NCBI GenBank assembly: GCA_965198115.1
Contig: OZ240241.1
Location: forward strand, 3,264,001-3,328,000
Length of the DNA stretch: 64,000 nt
Origin: Candidatus Latescibacterota bacterium
GTDB taxonomy: Bacteria > Latescibacterota > UBA2968
Direction of reading: 5' to 3'
Shown here piece by piece: positions 20,170 to 31,001 of this stretch (position 1 is its first letter; each line of letters starts with the position of its first letter). Below the pieces are notes generated by a model. That model was not told the DNA's origin. It did no database searches and saw only the letters and a list, made by a program, of their open reading frames with translations. The position numbers were made by a program, and so were the translations under genes.

Positions 20170-20976
20170 ATGACCGACGACGCCGTAGAAATCTACTCCA
20201 TCGGCACCGAACTCCTGCTCGGCCAGATACAAGACACCAACGCCTTCTGGATGGCTCAGCAGGTTGCGCGACTCGGCGCCCACACACGACGAATCTCGAT
20301 CCTCGACGACGACGTCGACGATCTCCTCGTCGTTTTACAAGACGCCATCGATCGTAACACACGCATCCTCATCACAACGGGTGGGCTTGGCCCCACACCC
20401 GACGACCTGACCGTCGAGGTCATCGCACGCCTCAAGGGCGTCGACGTCGTCGTGAACGAAGAACTCGTCGAGCGGTTCATGCAGACGCGCGAAATCTCCC
20501 GTCGTGAGGATGTCCGTCCCGGCCTCATCAAAATGGCCAGCTCGCCGGAGGGCTCCGTGGTCCATCCCAACCCGGCAGGCGTTGCGCCCTGCGTCGAAAC
20601 CCGGATCGGTGACACCACCATCTATAACCTGCCCGGTCCGCCTCGCGAGGTACAGGCCCTGTTCGATCAATGTCTCGAGGGGCCGATCGCCGACATCGCC
20701 TCCGGCGATCGAGTGACGCTTCGTGTCGCCGTCAACCTTCCCGAGTCGGAATTGGGCCCCATCCTGCACGAGGTGATGGAACGACACCCCAACACCTACG
20801 TCAAAGCGTATGTCGCCCTCCGTGAGCGAATCGAGGGCGGACAACGTCTGCCCGTCGATATCGTCGCGCACGATGTCGATGACACGACCGCCAAAGCATT
20901 GCTCGACGATGCGCTCGCGACCTTCACCGTCCTCGTCGCCCAGAAGGACCGCACCGTCGAGCATCTCACCGAGTGA
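20170..20976 (+). CDS. CinA-like molybdopterin-binding domain protein (no PncC domain)
   Basis: IGTELLLGQIQDTNA, TTGGLGPTPDDLT, LPGPPRE. Confidence 0.85.
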   Translation: MTDDAVEIYSIGTELLLGQIQDTNAFWMAQQVARLGAHTRRISILDDDVDDLLVVLQDAIDRNTRILITTGGLGPTPDDLTVEVIARLKGVDVVVNEELVERFMQTREISRREDVRPGLIKMASSPEGSVVHPNPAGVAPCVETRIGDTTIYNLPGPPREVQALFDQCLEGPIADIASGDRVTLRVAVNLPESELGPILHEVMERHPNTYVKAYVALRERIEGGQRLPVDIVAHDVDDTTAKALLDDALATFTVLVAQKDRTVEHLTE

Positions 20977-20992
20977 TCACTGGAGGCAACGA

Positions 20993-21181
20993 ATGCCGTT
21001 CGTCAACGTCCGTATGCTCGAAGGTCGTTCCCACGATCAGAAACGACGCCTCGTCAAAGCAATCACCGATGCGATGGCCGACATCTGCGATGCCAAGCCC
21101 GAAGGAACGATGATCGTCATCGATGAGGTCCCCAGAGATCACTGGGCACGCGGTGGCGTCCTGATATCGGAACGCACCTGA
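20993..21181 (+). CDS. 4-oxalocrotonate tautomerase family protein
   Basis: 62 aa; Pro-1, PFVNVRMLEGRSHDQKRRL...WARGG; GGAGG RBS. Confidence 0.92.
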   Translation: MPFVNVRMLEGRSHDQKRRLVKAITDAMADICDAKPEGTMIVIDEVPRDHWARGGVLISERT

Positions 21182-21354
21182 CCGAGCCTGGCTCGGGTCG
21201 ATTATTCCCCCTGTCCCACAGCACCAGAGATCGTCCAAGGTCGTCCCTGTCCGCCTGCGATCCCCGAGTTAAAAAGTCTTTGGGGAACCGATGGCCTGAT
21301 CAACCCGTTTAACGGTCAGCCGGCTGTCGGACGCTCCCCTTTTATCCTGCTGGC

Positions 21355-21383
21355 TTGACACACATGGGCCCCCAGTCTATATT
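21355..21383 (+). promoter_or_regulatory. sigma70-type promoter
   Basis: TTGACA-N17-TATATT. Confidence 0.7.
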
Positions 21384-21456
21384 GGCCGCGCAAGTCCCTA
21401 TCAAACAAGAACTAATGTCGAAGAAGATCTCTGATCGTCTGAGAAAGGAGCCGTCC

Positions 21457-22698
21457 ATGCTCGCCCTCAAACGACCCGCCGCTTGGGTTGTGGCAGCGCT
21501 CTTTACGATGGGTCTGTTCACCAGCGACACCTCTGCCCAGGTCAGGGTCAGGAGCGCAAAAGTGGCCATGTCGTCGGCCAAGAACTACATCCAGCAACGG
21601 GTGCCCGACAAAGCCTTCGAGATGCTCGAGATCGCCATCAAGCTCAAGCCCGACCACCACGAGGCGCACTTCATGCTGGGCGCGATTTATGCCGAGCGGG
21701 AAATGATCGACGAGATGAACAAGCAGTTCGAGATCGTCATGGCCCACAAAAAAGGGAAGAAGTACTACAAAAAGGGAGTCAAAACAGCCGGAGCCAGTGA
21801 TTTCATGTTCGGGGGGATCCGTTACACCCGCGAGACGCTCTGGCGCCAGAACTTCAACACAGGCGTGCGATCGCTCAACGGAGGGAAGCTCCACGCGGCC
21901 ATCGCGAACTTCCTGACCGCTGCGCAGGTCGACCCGACCAACCCGGGGTCCTTCAGCGCGATAGGCAAAGTCTACATCAACATGGGGCGCGACAGTCTCG
22001 ACACCGCGATCTCCTACTACAACAAAGCACTTGCTCTCGACAGCACGATGGTCGAAGCCTACGCCGACATGGGAATAGCTTTTCTCAACAACGGGCGACA
22101 CGCGGAAGCTGAGGTCAATCTGAAGAAGGCTCACGACTTGCAGCCGGAGAACATCAGCATCTGCCGAGCCTTATCAAGCGCGCAATGGGCGCAAAACAAG
22201 AGGGAGGCGGCTACAGCGACCGCCGAGTTGGCACTTTCAGCAGCACCCGAAGATCCTAAAGTCCTCTCGCTCGTGGGTGGTCTGCTCACCGACATGCGCG
22301 AATTCGAAAAGGCCATAGTCCACCTCGAAAAGGCCTTGGAGAAGGAACCGGAAGATGCCGACATCAAGTTCAACCTCGCCAATGCCTACCTCGGAACGGG
22401 CAACCTCGACCAGGCGGAGGGGCTCTTCCTGAAGTCGATCGAGACCGACCCCAACGACCATCAGGCCATTTACCAGCTCGGATCCATCTACGACAAGTCA
22501 GAAAAGTTCGACGAGGCCATTTCGATGTTCGAGAGAGTGACGAGCCTCAAGCCGCAGTGGCCTCAAGGTTGGGACGCCCTCTACAAAGCCTACGCACACA
22601 AGTCGGCCGTGACGGAGGGTGACGCCGCGAGGAATGCGGCAAAGAAGGCAGAAGAGGCGCTCAACGTCTACACCGCGCTTTCGGGTAGCGGCGAATAG
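21457..22698 (+). CDS. Exported tetratricopeptide repeat protein
   Basis: AAGGAG RBS, signal peptide, multiple TPR motifs. Confidence 0.85.
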   Translation: MLALKRPAAWVVAALFTMGLFTSDTSAQVRVRSAKVAMSSAKNYIQQRVPDKAFEMLEIAIKLKPDHHEAHFMLGAIYAEREMIDEMNKQFEIVMAHKKGKKYYKKGVKTAGASDFMFGGIRYTRETLWRQNFNTGVRSLNGGKLHAAIANFLTAAQVDPTNPGSFSAIGKVYINMGRDSLDTAISYYNKALALDSTMVEAYADMGIAFLNNGRHAEAEVNLKKAHDLQPENISICRALSSAQWAQNKREAATATAELALSAAPEDPKVLSLVGGLLTDMREFEKAIVHLEKALEKEPEDADIKFNLANAYLGTGNLDQAEGLFLKSIETDPNDHQAIYQLGSIYDKSEKFDEAISMFERVTSLKPQWPQGWDALYKAYAHKSAVTEGDAARNAAKKAEEALNVYTALSGSGE

Positions 22699-22719
22699 TA
22701 CTCAGGGGAGGGGAACAGC

Positions 22720-23727
22720 GTGTATCTCACGAACGACAAGGTAGTGGTTCTCGGGGCTGCCGGCGCGATCGGCTCCAATCTCGCACAGACGCTCCTGGCG
22801 TCGGGCACGGCTGGAACCGTTTGCATGTACGATCCGTTCGAGCCGGGTCTCGAAGGTGCCGCGGAAGAGATCTTCCACTGCGGTTTTCCAGGGGCCGACG
22901 TCACCTGGACGACCGACATCGCACAGGCGCTCGATGGCGCATCCTACATCATCACCTCGGGTGGCGCGCCCCGTAAAGAAGGCATGACACGCGAAGACCT
23001 GCTCCGCGACAACGCCCAGATCGCCAAAGGATTGGGTCTCGACATCAAAGCCAACTGTCCGAATGCGAAATTTGCCATCGTCATCTTCAACCCCGCCGAC
23101 ATCACAGGTCTCACCGCCCTCGTCCACTCGGGTCTTGCGCCGACCAGGGTAGGCACCCTTGCCGCGCTAGACAGCACGCGTCTCCAGTCCGCGCTGGCCA
23201 AACACTTCGATGTTCTGCAATACAAAGTCACAGGGTGTCGGACCTACGGAGGCCACGGCGAGCAAATGGCCGTCTTCCAAGGCGGAATCGAGATCGACGG
23301 TGTCGGACTCGACGCCATCCTCGATGGCGGACAGGCCAACGGAAAGACAATGTCGGCGGACGAATGGAAAGACATTCAGGAACGTGTGACACAGGGGGGT
23401 GCCGCCATCATCAAGCTTCGCGGTCGGTCTTCGTTTCAGTCACCCGCACAGCAGAGCGTTTTGATGCTTCGCGGCATTCTGGGCGAAGCCTACGACTGGC
23501 CTACGGGGTGCTACGTCAGCGGCGGTGACTTCGACCAAATCATGATGGCCATGCCGGCCAAGCTCTCGACGGCCGGCGCCGAATGGCAGATGCCCGAGGG
23601 GTCTTCCGAGGACCTGGCCGCTCTCAAAGAGTCCTACAATCACCTTGTCGAACTGCGCAACGAAGTCATCGAAGCCGGCATCCTGCCCCCGCTCGATGCG
23701 TGGAAGGATGCAAACCCGAATCTGTAG
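22720..23727 (+). CDS. mdh: Malate dehydrogenase
   Basis: GAAGAIG, GAPRKEGMTREDLL, FNPAD, LDSTRL, GGHGE, RGRSS. Confidence 0.9.
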   Translation: MYLTNDKVVVLGAAGAIGSNLAQTLLASGTAGTVCMYDPFEPGLEGAAEEIFHCGFPGADVTWTTDIAQALDGASYIITSGGAPRKEGMTREDLLRDNAQIAKGLGLDIKANCPNAKFAIVIFNPADITGLTALVHSGLAPTRVGTLAALDSTRLQSALAKHFDVLQYKVTGCRTYGGHGEQMAVFQGGIEIDGVGLDAILDGGQANGKTMSADEWKDIQERVTQGGAAIIKLRGRSSFQSPAQQSVLMLRGILGEAYDWPTGCYVSGGDFDQIMMAMPAKLSTAGAEWQMPEGSSEDLAALKESYNHLVELRNEVIEAGILPPLDAWKDANPNL

Positions 23728-23839
23728 GCACGCGTTATCGAACACTTCGAAGGAGCGGTGCGCAACCGACGAGGTTGCCCCGCTCCTGTTTTACGTTGTT
23801 GCACGTCTGGCGAGAAGCCAGGCCAGCGGATAGACCGGA

Positions 23840-24988
23840 ATGCCCCAATACGATCTGCTCGTCAAACGAGGGACCTTGATCGATCCCGCCAGCGGTCTTA
23901 CCGGCGTAGGTCGCGACATCGCCATCACGGGCGATCGCATCGCCAGGGTGGCCGAGGAGATTTACGAAGAAGAAGCCGCGACCGTCATCGATGCCAGCGA
24001 TGTCTACGTGTCGCCGGGATGGATCGACCTTCACGTCCACGTGTGGGACGGTGTCGCCGACCTCGCGATCCCGGGCGATCCCAATTGCGTCGGCAAGGGT
24101 GTCACGACGGCTTTCGACGCCGGATCTGCCGGCGCCGACACGTATCCCGGATTCCAAAAGTACGTCATCGACGTCAGCGCGACGAGGGTCAAAGCCTTCC
24201 TCCACATTTCTTCGCAGGGCCAGCTCACCAAGAACATCGGCGAACTGACCGACTTGAGATACGCCGACGTCGACCGAGCTGTCAAGATGTGCGAGGCTTA
24301 CAAAGACGACATCGTCGGCGTGAAGATTCGGATGAGTCGAAACATCGTGGGAGAGAACGGCAAGGAGGGGCTGAAGCGTGCACGCGAGGTCTGCGAAGCC
24401 ACCGGGCTCCCGTTGATGCTCCATCCCAACGCGAGCCCGCTCTCACTGTCGGCCATGCTCGACGAAATGCGGGTGGGAGATGTCATGACGCATTGCTTCC
24501 ACAAGAGCGACACGGGCGTCATCGACGAAGAAGGGACTGTTCGTCCCGAAGCGGTCAAGGCAGTGGAGGAAGGCGGGATTCTGTTCGACGTCGGCCACGG
24601 CGCAGGCAGCTTCGCCTTCGAGATCGCAGAGATGGCGATGGGACAGAGTCTTCACCCCGGGACCATCTCGAGCGACCTCCACAAGTACAACGTCCAAGGC
24701 CCGGTTTACTCCCTCGCGCTTACGATGTCGAAATTTCTGCACCTCGGTCTGTCGCTCGAGGAAGTGATTCGAAAAGTCACCGTTGCCCCGGCAGAGGCGA
24801 TGGGCATGCTCAACGAGATAGGCGTCATTCGGGAAGGATCGTGTGCGGACCTGACGCTTTTCAACGTCGCGGAGGGGACTTTCGAACTGCGCGACGCCAT
24901 CGGTCACACGCGAACGGGAGAGCGTTCGATCGAACACGTCTCCACGATACGCGGCGGCCGGATTTACGCGCCGGGTGTGTTCGACTAA
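23840..24988 (+). CDS. Amidohydrolase/deacetylase family metallohydrolase (dihydroorotase-like)
   Basis: PGWIDLHVH, DAGSAG, GVKIR, THCFH, FDVGHG, ISSDLH. Confidence 0.88.
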   Translation: MPQYDLLVKRGTLIDPASGLTGVGRDIAITGDRIARVAEEIYEEEAATVIDASDVYVSPGWIDLHVHVWDGVADLAIPGDPNCVGKGVTTAFDAGSAGADTYPGFQKYVIDVSATRVKAFLHISSQGQLTKNIGELTDLRYADVDRAVKMCEAYKDDIVGVKIRMSRNIVGENGKEGLKRAREVCEATGLPLMLHPNASPLSLSAMLDEMRVGDVMTHCFHKSDTGVIDEEGTVRPEAVKAVEEGGILFDVGHGAGSFAFEIAEMAMGQSLHPGTISSDLHKYNVQGPVYSLALTMSKFLHLGLSLEEVIRKVTVAPAEAMGMLNEIGVIREGSCADLTLFNVAEGTFELRDAIGHTRTGERSIEHVSTIRGGRIYAPGVFD

Positions 24989-24991
24989 GCG

Positions 24992-25757
24992 CTAGGTCGA
25001 GGCCAGCGTAGCCGGACCCGTCTCGCACCCCTTGACCAGGTAGCCGCCACAGGAAATGCTGGAAACCATGTTCTCGGGCTTGTCTGCGAGGAATCGATCG
25101 ACGGCAGCTGTCGCCCCGGCACAGCTGATCCCCCCGTAGTCGTCGCACAGAATGATGCCGCCTTCGTTCATCCTCGGGTAGAAGAACGACAGGCTGTCAC
25201 CCGTCGGCTGCGCGAGGTCGACGTCGATGTGGACGAACGAAAATCGTCGATCCTCCACATCGCTGAATCGATCTGGAATCCAGCCCTTGTAGTATTCGAC
25301 GGAAGGGAAATCACTTAAAGCTTCCTGAACCGTCGCGACGGTGACGGCGAGATCGCCGCCCCGCCAATGTCCACCGTCGGCGACATCAGGTTCGGAGAGT
25401 CCCTCGAACGAATCGAAAACGTGGTGGGTTCGGGGCAAAGACGAACGCTCGTTCGCAGCGCAGATACGAACTCGCTCCGCGATACACACCACACTCTGCG
25501 GTGTCGCCCGGAATCGCGTGAGTAAGACGCAGCAACTGATGCAGTAACCAGCGGCGCTCGGTGTTCAACCATCCCATCTCCGCAAAGCGGGCGAGGTAGG
25601 CGTTGAACCCGTCGTCGTGCCACCAGTCCATTTCCGGCAGCTTGAATCGGTAGCCCGGCACGAGCAACTTGCCGAGATACATCATCAAATAAAACCGGAA
25701 GAAACGGCGATGCCGGGACTCCAGCAATTTGGGCAGTCCGCGGATCAAACGAGACAT
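24992..25757 (-). CDS. TylF/MycF/NovP-type O-methyltransferase (frameshift near 25470)
   Basis: IPGDTAECGVYRGAS, FDSFEGL, KGWIP, FVHIDVDL, GGIILCDDYG split over two frames. Confidence 0.85.
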
Positions 25758-25847
25758 AGACGATTCCTCAACACAGCAGACCGATCATTCGACTGACTAT
25801 AGGCCTTTCCCCTGACTTGGAAAACAGGCCACGCCAAAGGAGGATGC

Positions 25848-26933
25848 ATGCTCTACTCACCCGTCGGTCACAGCAAGTGGGAACTCGACACACCGGCCCT
25901 GTTGATCGATCTCGATAAACTCGAGCGTAACATCGCGGCCATGGCGTCTCGCTGTGAGGAGAACGGCGTCGACTGGCGGCCTCATACGAAGGGCCACAAA
26001 AACCCCGCCATCGCGCACGCCTGCATCGAGGCTGGCGCAATCGGCGTCACCTGTGCCAAACTCGGGGAAGCCGAGGTCATGGCCGCCGCCGGCATCCGGG
26101 ACATCCTCGTTGCCAACGAGGTCGTCGGAGACCAGAAGGTGCGACGCCTAGCGGGTGTTCAGCGTCGATCGAGTGTGATGTGCGCCGTCGACGATCCGTT
26201 TCACATCCAGCAGATCGGGTCGGCGGCAACCGATGCGGGTGTCTCCGTGCGTGTGCTCGTCGACGTCGACGTCGGGATGAACCGGTGTGGTGTCCCGCCC
26301 GGTGCGCCCGCCGCCGACCTGGCAGAACAGGCCGAAGCAACCGACGGCATCGCCTTCGCAGGCATCATGGGCTACGAAGGACACGCCATGAAATTGCCCG
26401 ACAACGAAAAGAAGGCCGAGGTCGAGCGTGACTCCGCGATGCTCCGCGACACGATCGAGGACATTCAATCACGGGGACTCAAGGTCGGGATCGTCAGCGC
26501 CGGCGGCACGGGAACGTTGTCTTTCACGCCCCAGCAGGAAGGCGTTACGGAGATTCAGGCTGGCGGCGGCGTACTCATGGACACGGTATATCGTGACGTG
26601 CTGAACGTTCCGCATCTTGAGTGTGCCCTGGGCCTGCTCGTCACGGTCATCAGTCACGCGACTCCGGAGCGCGCCGTCATCGACGCAGGGCGCAAGACGA
26701 TGCACCCCGCCGTCGAATTCGTCGACCAGGACGACGTCGAAATGGGTGGCCTCTCGGCCGAACACGGCAACCTGAAGGTCGGGCCCAATGCGAATCTGAA
26801 GGTCGGCCAGAAGCTCGAACTCACCTCCGGCTATGGAGACGACACAATCTTCCTCCACAACGAGGTTTACGGGATCAGAAACGATCACGTCGAAGTCGTG
26901 TGGGATATCCCCGGCCGTGGCAAGCTGCACTGA
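25848..26933 (+). CDS. DSD1 family PLP enzyme (D-threonine aldolase / D-serine dehydratase-like)
   Basis: DTPALLID, RPHTKGHK, RCGV, GYEGH, GGTGT, SAEHG. Confidence 0.88.
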   Translation: MLYSPVGHSKWELDTPALLIDLDKLERNIAAMASRCEENGVDWRPHTKGHKNPAIAHACIEAGAIGVTCAKLGEAEVMAAAGIRDILVANEVVGDQKVRRLAGVQRRSSVMCAVDDPFHIQQIGSAATDAGVSVRVLVDVDVGMNRCGVPPGAPAADLAEQAEATDGIAFAGIMGYEGHAMKLPDNEKKAEVERDSAMLRDTIEDIQSRGLKVGIVSAGGTGTLSFTPQQEGVTEIQAGGGVLMDTVYRDVLNVPHLECALGLLVTVISHATPERAVIDAGRKTMHPAVEFVDQDDVEMGGLSAEHGNLKVGPNANLKVGQKLELTSGYGDDTIFLHNEVYGIRNDHVEVVWDIPGRGKLH

Positions 26934-27025
26934 GCGGCATCATTTTCCACCAGAATGATGTTTCGTTCAGGTAGCGGCTTACCTAATTCGCGAATTATCA
27001 AGGGTTAATCTTCGCTCCCGGAAAG

Positions 27026-27041
27026 TGGCACCAGGCTTGCT
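27026..27041 (+). promoter_or_regulatory. sigma54 -24/-12 promoter
   Basis: TGGCAC-CAGGC-TTGCT, a perfect consensus match. Confidence 0.8.
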
Positions 27042-27097
27042 CCCTGCGATCCTGACTGCGGATTCCCCCTTCGGCCCCGATTCGAGAGTCGTTCGAC

Positions 27098-27124
27098 TCA
27101 AGAGTCGACCGAATCCGCCGATCA
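27098..27124 (+). promoter_or_regulatory. sigma28 (FliA)-type promoter
   Basis: TCAA-N15-GCCGATCA. Confidence 0.55.
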
Positions 27125-27143
27125 GGAAAATAGGAGAGCGACC

Positions 27144-27332
27144 TTGGATTACCTTCTCGTCACATTCATCTTCCTGGCCGTGACCATCCTGGCCGGCTTG
27201 TGCCTGTTCGTGATCGAGTATCAGAACAGCCGCACACGCCGTCTCAACCAGGTTTGGTCAGCCCGCCTCGGGGCGTTGTCTGCGCAGCCACGACCCGCCG
27301 ACGGACCCCAGAACGAACAACACGCGGCGTAG
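27144..27332 (+). CDS. Small single-pass membrane protein
   Basis: AGGAGAG RBS, TTG start, N-terminal TM helix, 62 aa. Confidence 0.6.
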   Translation: MDYLLVTFIFLAVTILAGLCLFVIEYQNSRTRRLNQVWSARLGALSAQPRPADGPQNEQHAA

Positions 27333-27366
27333 CGACACACGCTCTTCAGAACACGGAGAACCCTGC

Positions 27367-28311
27367 TTGAATTGCCTCGTTACGGGTGGTGCAGGCTTCA
27401 TCGGTCATAACCTCGTTCGGAATCTGCTCGACAGAGGTCACGCGGTACGCGTGCTCGACAACTATGCCACGGGCAAACGCAAGAACCTCGATCCCTATCT
27501 AAACAACATCGACTTTGTCGAAGGAGATCTCAGAGACTTCGACGTCGTCCGTGAGTCCGCTCGCGATATGGAAGTGATCTTCCATCAGGGTGCGCTCGCA
27601 TCTGTTCCCCGGTCGATCAAAGACCCCATCACTTCCAGCCAGGTCAACATCAACGGGACGCTTCACGTACTCGAAGCTGCGCGCCACCACGACGTGCGCA
27701 GAGTCGTTTACGCGTCATCCTCCTCCGTCTATGGCCACAATCCCAAGCTACCCAAACACGAAGGGATGGTCCCTGCCCCCGTTTCACCTTACGCGGTCAG
27801 CAAACTGGCCGGTGAGCAATACTGTAGGGTCTTCGCGCAGATTTACCACCTCGAGACCGTCGCCCTCCGCTACTTCAACGTCTTCGGACCCGGCCAGGAC
27901 CTCCACTCGCCTTACGCGGCCGTGATGCCGCTGTTCGCGGCAGGCTTCCTGAACGGGACACCCATCACCGTCAACGGCGACGGTGAACAGTCCCGCGACT
28001 TCACGTTCATCGACAACGTCGTTCAGGCTAATCTCTGTGCGGCAACAGCCCGCGAAGCCTCCGGGGGCGCCTTCAACGTCGCTTGTGGCCAGCGTACGAC
28101 GCTCAACCAGGTCCTCGACCACCTCCGCACGATGACCGAGGTCGATACCGAAGTCGTCTACGGTCCCGATCGTCCCGGCGACGTGAAGCATTCGCTCGCC
28201 GACATCGACCGGGCAAAAACCGTCCTCAGCTACACGCCGTCCGTTCCTCTCGAAGCCGGCCTCCGCTCGACCGTCGAATACTACCGATCCCTCGTCGGCA
28301 ACGCCGGCTGA
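27367..28311 (+). CDS. NDP-sugar 4-epimerase (WbpP/TviC-like SDR)
   Basis: TGGAGFIG, SVPRS, SSSSVYG, YAVSK, RYFNVFGP. Confidence 0.9.
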   Translation: MNCLVTGGAGFIGHNLVRNLLDRGHAVRVLDNYATGKRKNLDPYLNNIDFVEGDLRDFDVVRESARDMEVIFHQGALASVPRSIKDPITSSQVNINGTLHVLEAARHHDVRRVVYASSSSVYGHNPKLPKHEGMVPAPVSPYAVSKLAGEQYCRVFAQIYHLETVALRYFNVFGPGQDLHSPYAAVMPLFAAGFLNGTPITVNGDGEQSRDFTFIDNVVQANLCAATAREASGGAFNVACGQRTTLNQVLDHLRTMTEVDTEVVYGPDRPGDVKHSLADIDRAKTVLSYTPSVPLEAGLRSTVEYYRSLVGNAG

Positions 28312-28528
28312 TTCTCGACTCCATACGGAACCAATCAGTAGGACTGGCCTCCCGGCCAGGAAACCCTGCCGCGAATCACACTCCCCATTTCTTTCGCAGC
28401 CGGGAGACTGTTCCCACCGCATCCTCATCGCCTGTGAAGTGGATTCGTGTTCCCTCGCGTGCTCACAGCAGACAATCTCCGATCCAAATGGGGTTGACCG
28501 GGATAGGGTTCTCACCCACTATCCCGAC

Positions 28529-30037
28529 ATGGCCGCCTCCCACTTGAATCGACGGATGATCCTCATCGGGCTCGATTGCGTCCCACCCGAGTTGCTGTTC
28601 GATCGCTTTCGCGACGACCTGCCGAACATCACTTCCCTCGTCGATCGCGGGCTTTCCGCCCCGCTGAAAAGCACGATTCCTCCCATTACGATTCCGGCGT
28701 GGATGTGCATGATGACCGGCAAGGACCCGGGCACCCTCGGCATCTACGGTCTTCGAAATCGACAGGCCCACGACTATCGACCCCTGGCGGTAGCGAACGC
28801 TCGCCACGTGCTCGAACCCACGATCTGGGATACAGTCGGCGGTGCCGGCGGCCAGGTCATCCTCGTCGGTGTGCCTCAGACCTATCCGCCCCCCAAGATC
28901 AACGGCGTCCTCGTATCGTCGTTCCTCGCCCCCAGCACCGAGTCGATCTTCACGCATCCACCCGAACTGAAAGAGGAAATCGCACGCATTACCCCGGACT
29001 ATATGATCGATGTGCCCGACTTCCGCTCCGACGACAGGGACCGCATCCTTGCCGACATCCACGACATGACCGAGAAGCGGTTTCGATTGTTTCGCCACTT
29101 CCTGTCAACCCGCGACTGGCGGTTCGCGATGCTCGTGGAAATGGGCACCGACCGCATCCACCACGCCTTCTGGCGATTCCTCGACGAGACGCACCGCGAC
29201 CATCAACCCGAATCGCCCTACGCCAACGCAATTCTCGACTACTACCGCGCGATCGATACCGAGGTCGGACAGACGCTCGACCTCATCGACGAGGAAACGA
29301 TCGTCGCCATCGTCTCCGACCACGGCGCTAAACGCATCGACGGCGGCTTCTGCGTCAACGAATGGCTGATCGAACGAGGCGACCTCGTACTGAACCAACG
29401 TCCTCTAACGATCACACCCCTGCAGCTTGACAACATCGACTGGTCGCGCACAAAGGCGTGGGGCGAGGGCGGATACTATGCGCGCATCTTTCTGAACGTC
29501 GAAGACAGGGAACCCGAGGGTCAGATCCCCAAGGTCGACTACGAGCGGACGCGAGATGCAATCGCCGCCGCGATAGAATCCGTTCCAGGACCCGACGGAC
29601 GGACATTGGCGACGATCGCGCATCGGCCCGACCGCATATACCGTCAAGTGCGAGGTCATCCCCCCGACCTCATCGTCCATCTGGACGACCTCTACCTGCG
29701 CTCGATCGGATCGATCGGTCACGGACGTCTTTTCATCGAGGGCAACGACGCCGGGCCCGACGACGCCAATCACGCACAGCACGGCGTCTTCGCCGTCGCG
29801 GGGCCTGGGATAGATCCCAAGAGGATCGACGAAATGGACATACTCGATGTCGCGCCAACGCTATTGGAACAGATGGGGCTCGGGATTCCGGAGGACGTGC
29901 AAGGCCGGAGCGTGATCGCGAAGGTCGCCCACTCGTCGGAGCCCGCGGCCGAAAACGCGGAGGAGACAGAGAGCGTCTACACAGAAGAGGAGCAGCAAGC
30001 GGTCGAGGAACGCCTCAGATCCCTGGGTTACCTTTAG
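28529..30037 (+). CDS. Alkaline phosphatase superfamily / nucleotide pyrophosphatase-like protein
   Basis: IGLDC, STIPPITIPAW, DRIHH, SDHG, DDANH; C-terminal EERLRSLGYL. Confidence 0.85.
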   Translation: MAASHLNRRMILIGLDCVPPELLFDRFRDDLPNITSLVDRGLSAPLKSTIPPITIPAWMCMMTGKDPGTLGIYGLRNRQAHDYRPLAVANARHVLEPTIWDTVGGAGGQVILVGVPQTYPPPKINGVLVSSFLAPSTESIFTHPPELKEEIARITPDYMIDVPDFRSDDRDRILADIHDMTEKRFRLFRHFLSTRDWRFAMLVEMGTDRIHHAFWRFLDETHRDHQPESPYANAILDYYRAIDTEVGQTLDLIDEETIVAIVSDHGAKRIDGGFCVNEWLIERGDLVLNQRPLTITPLQLDNIDWSRTKAWGEGGYYARIFLNVEDREPEGQIPKVDYERTRDAIAAAIESVPGPDGRTLATIAHRPDRIYRQVRGHPPDLIVHLDDLYLRSIGSIGHGRLFIEGNDAGPDDANHAQHGVFAVAGPGIDPKRIDEMDILDVAPTLLEQMGLGIPEDVQGRSVIAKVAHSSEPAAENAEETESVYTEEEQQAVEERLRSLGYL

Positions 30038-30069
30038 TCATCTGTCTGCGAATCATCACGGAGGATCCG

Positions 30070-30810
30070 ATGCCGAACGAGATACACAACACCGCCGAAA
30101 TGGGCTCGGGCACGACCGTCGGGCACTATGCTGTCGTATCCGAGCACGTCATCATCGGAAACGGCTGCCGGATCGGCCATCACGCCATCATCCATCCCAA
30201 CACCGTTGTGGGCGACGGCTGCGTCATCGACGACGGGGCCGTCATCGGCAAGCCACCGCTTCGGTCTGCCGCAATGGACATCGAGCCCGGCAGCGACCTA
30301 CCGGGGCTCGAGATTGCAAACGGAACCGTCGTCGGCACGGGGGCGATTCTGTTTCGGGGATCGACGATCGGAAGCGGTAGCCTCGTCGCCGACCTGGCGT
30401 CGGTTCGGGAGAACACGAGAATCGGCGAAAGAACGATAATCGGTCGCGCGTCGGCGATCGAAAACCAGGTCACGATCGGCGATCGATGCAAGGTCGAAGC
30501 AGGGTGTTTTATCTGCGCCTTCAGCGTGATCGAAGACGACTGCTTCGTCGCCCCCGAGGTCACCTTCACGAACGACAATTTCCTCGGCCGAACGGAAGAG
30601 CGGAAGAAGCACTATGCCGGACCAACACTTCGCCGCGGGGCCAGGGTCGGCGCCAACGCTACGATCCTACCCGGGAAGGTCCTCGAGCCCGATGCCCTTG
30701 CTGCCGCCGGCGCGGTCGTGACACGAAATGTTCCTAAACGCGAGATTTTCAAGGGAGTTCCGGCAAAACCCCACGGCTCTGTACCCCCCGAACAATTAGT
30801 CGGTGAGTAG
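30070..30810 (+). CDS. Hexapeptide-repeat sugar N-acyltransferase (WbpD-like)
   Basis: Left-handed beta-helix repeats, FTND, IGANATILPG-like, GVPAK. Confidence 0.88.
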   Translation: MPNEIHNTAEMGSGTTVGHYAVVSEHVIIGNGCRIGHHAIIHPNTVVGDGCVIDDGAVIGKPPLRSAAMDIEPGSDLPGLEIANGTVVGTGAILFRGSTIGSGSLVADLASVRENTRIGERTIIGRASAIENQVTIGDRCKVEAGCFICAFSVIEDDCFVAPEVTFTNDNFLGRTEERKKHYAGPTLRRGARVGANATILPGKVLEPDALAAAGAVVTRNVPKREIFKGVPAKPHGSVPPEQLVGE

Positions 30811-30902
30811 GAACCTTTTTCCCTGCACCACGACGCCCTGAAAGGCGCCTCTCCAATCCATTATTGACTTAAGTATAACTAAAACAATCATTTATATATA
30901 TT

Positions 30903-30935
30903 AGGCTCGTTCCCTCGAACGCAGGGGAACGGGCC
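30903..30935 (+). terminator. Stem-loop after module 1
   Basis: GGCTCGTTCCC / GGGAACGGGCC. Confidence 0.5.
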
Positions 30936-30943
30936 GATTTTCG

Positions 30944-31001
30944 TGGTATCGCGATTGCACTACGGCGTGAGGGCTAAGGCGATCAAGAGATCCGCCGATA
31001 C
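30944..31001 (+). promoter_or_regulatory. Tandem sigma54 and sigma28 promoters
   Basis: TGGTATCGCGATTGCA (GG-N10-GC, 30944-30959); TAAG-N15-GCCGATAC (30975-31001); AT-rich tract upstream. Confidence 0.7.
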
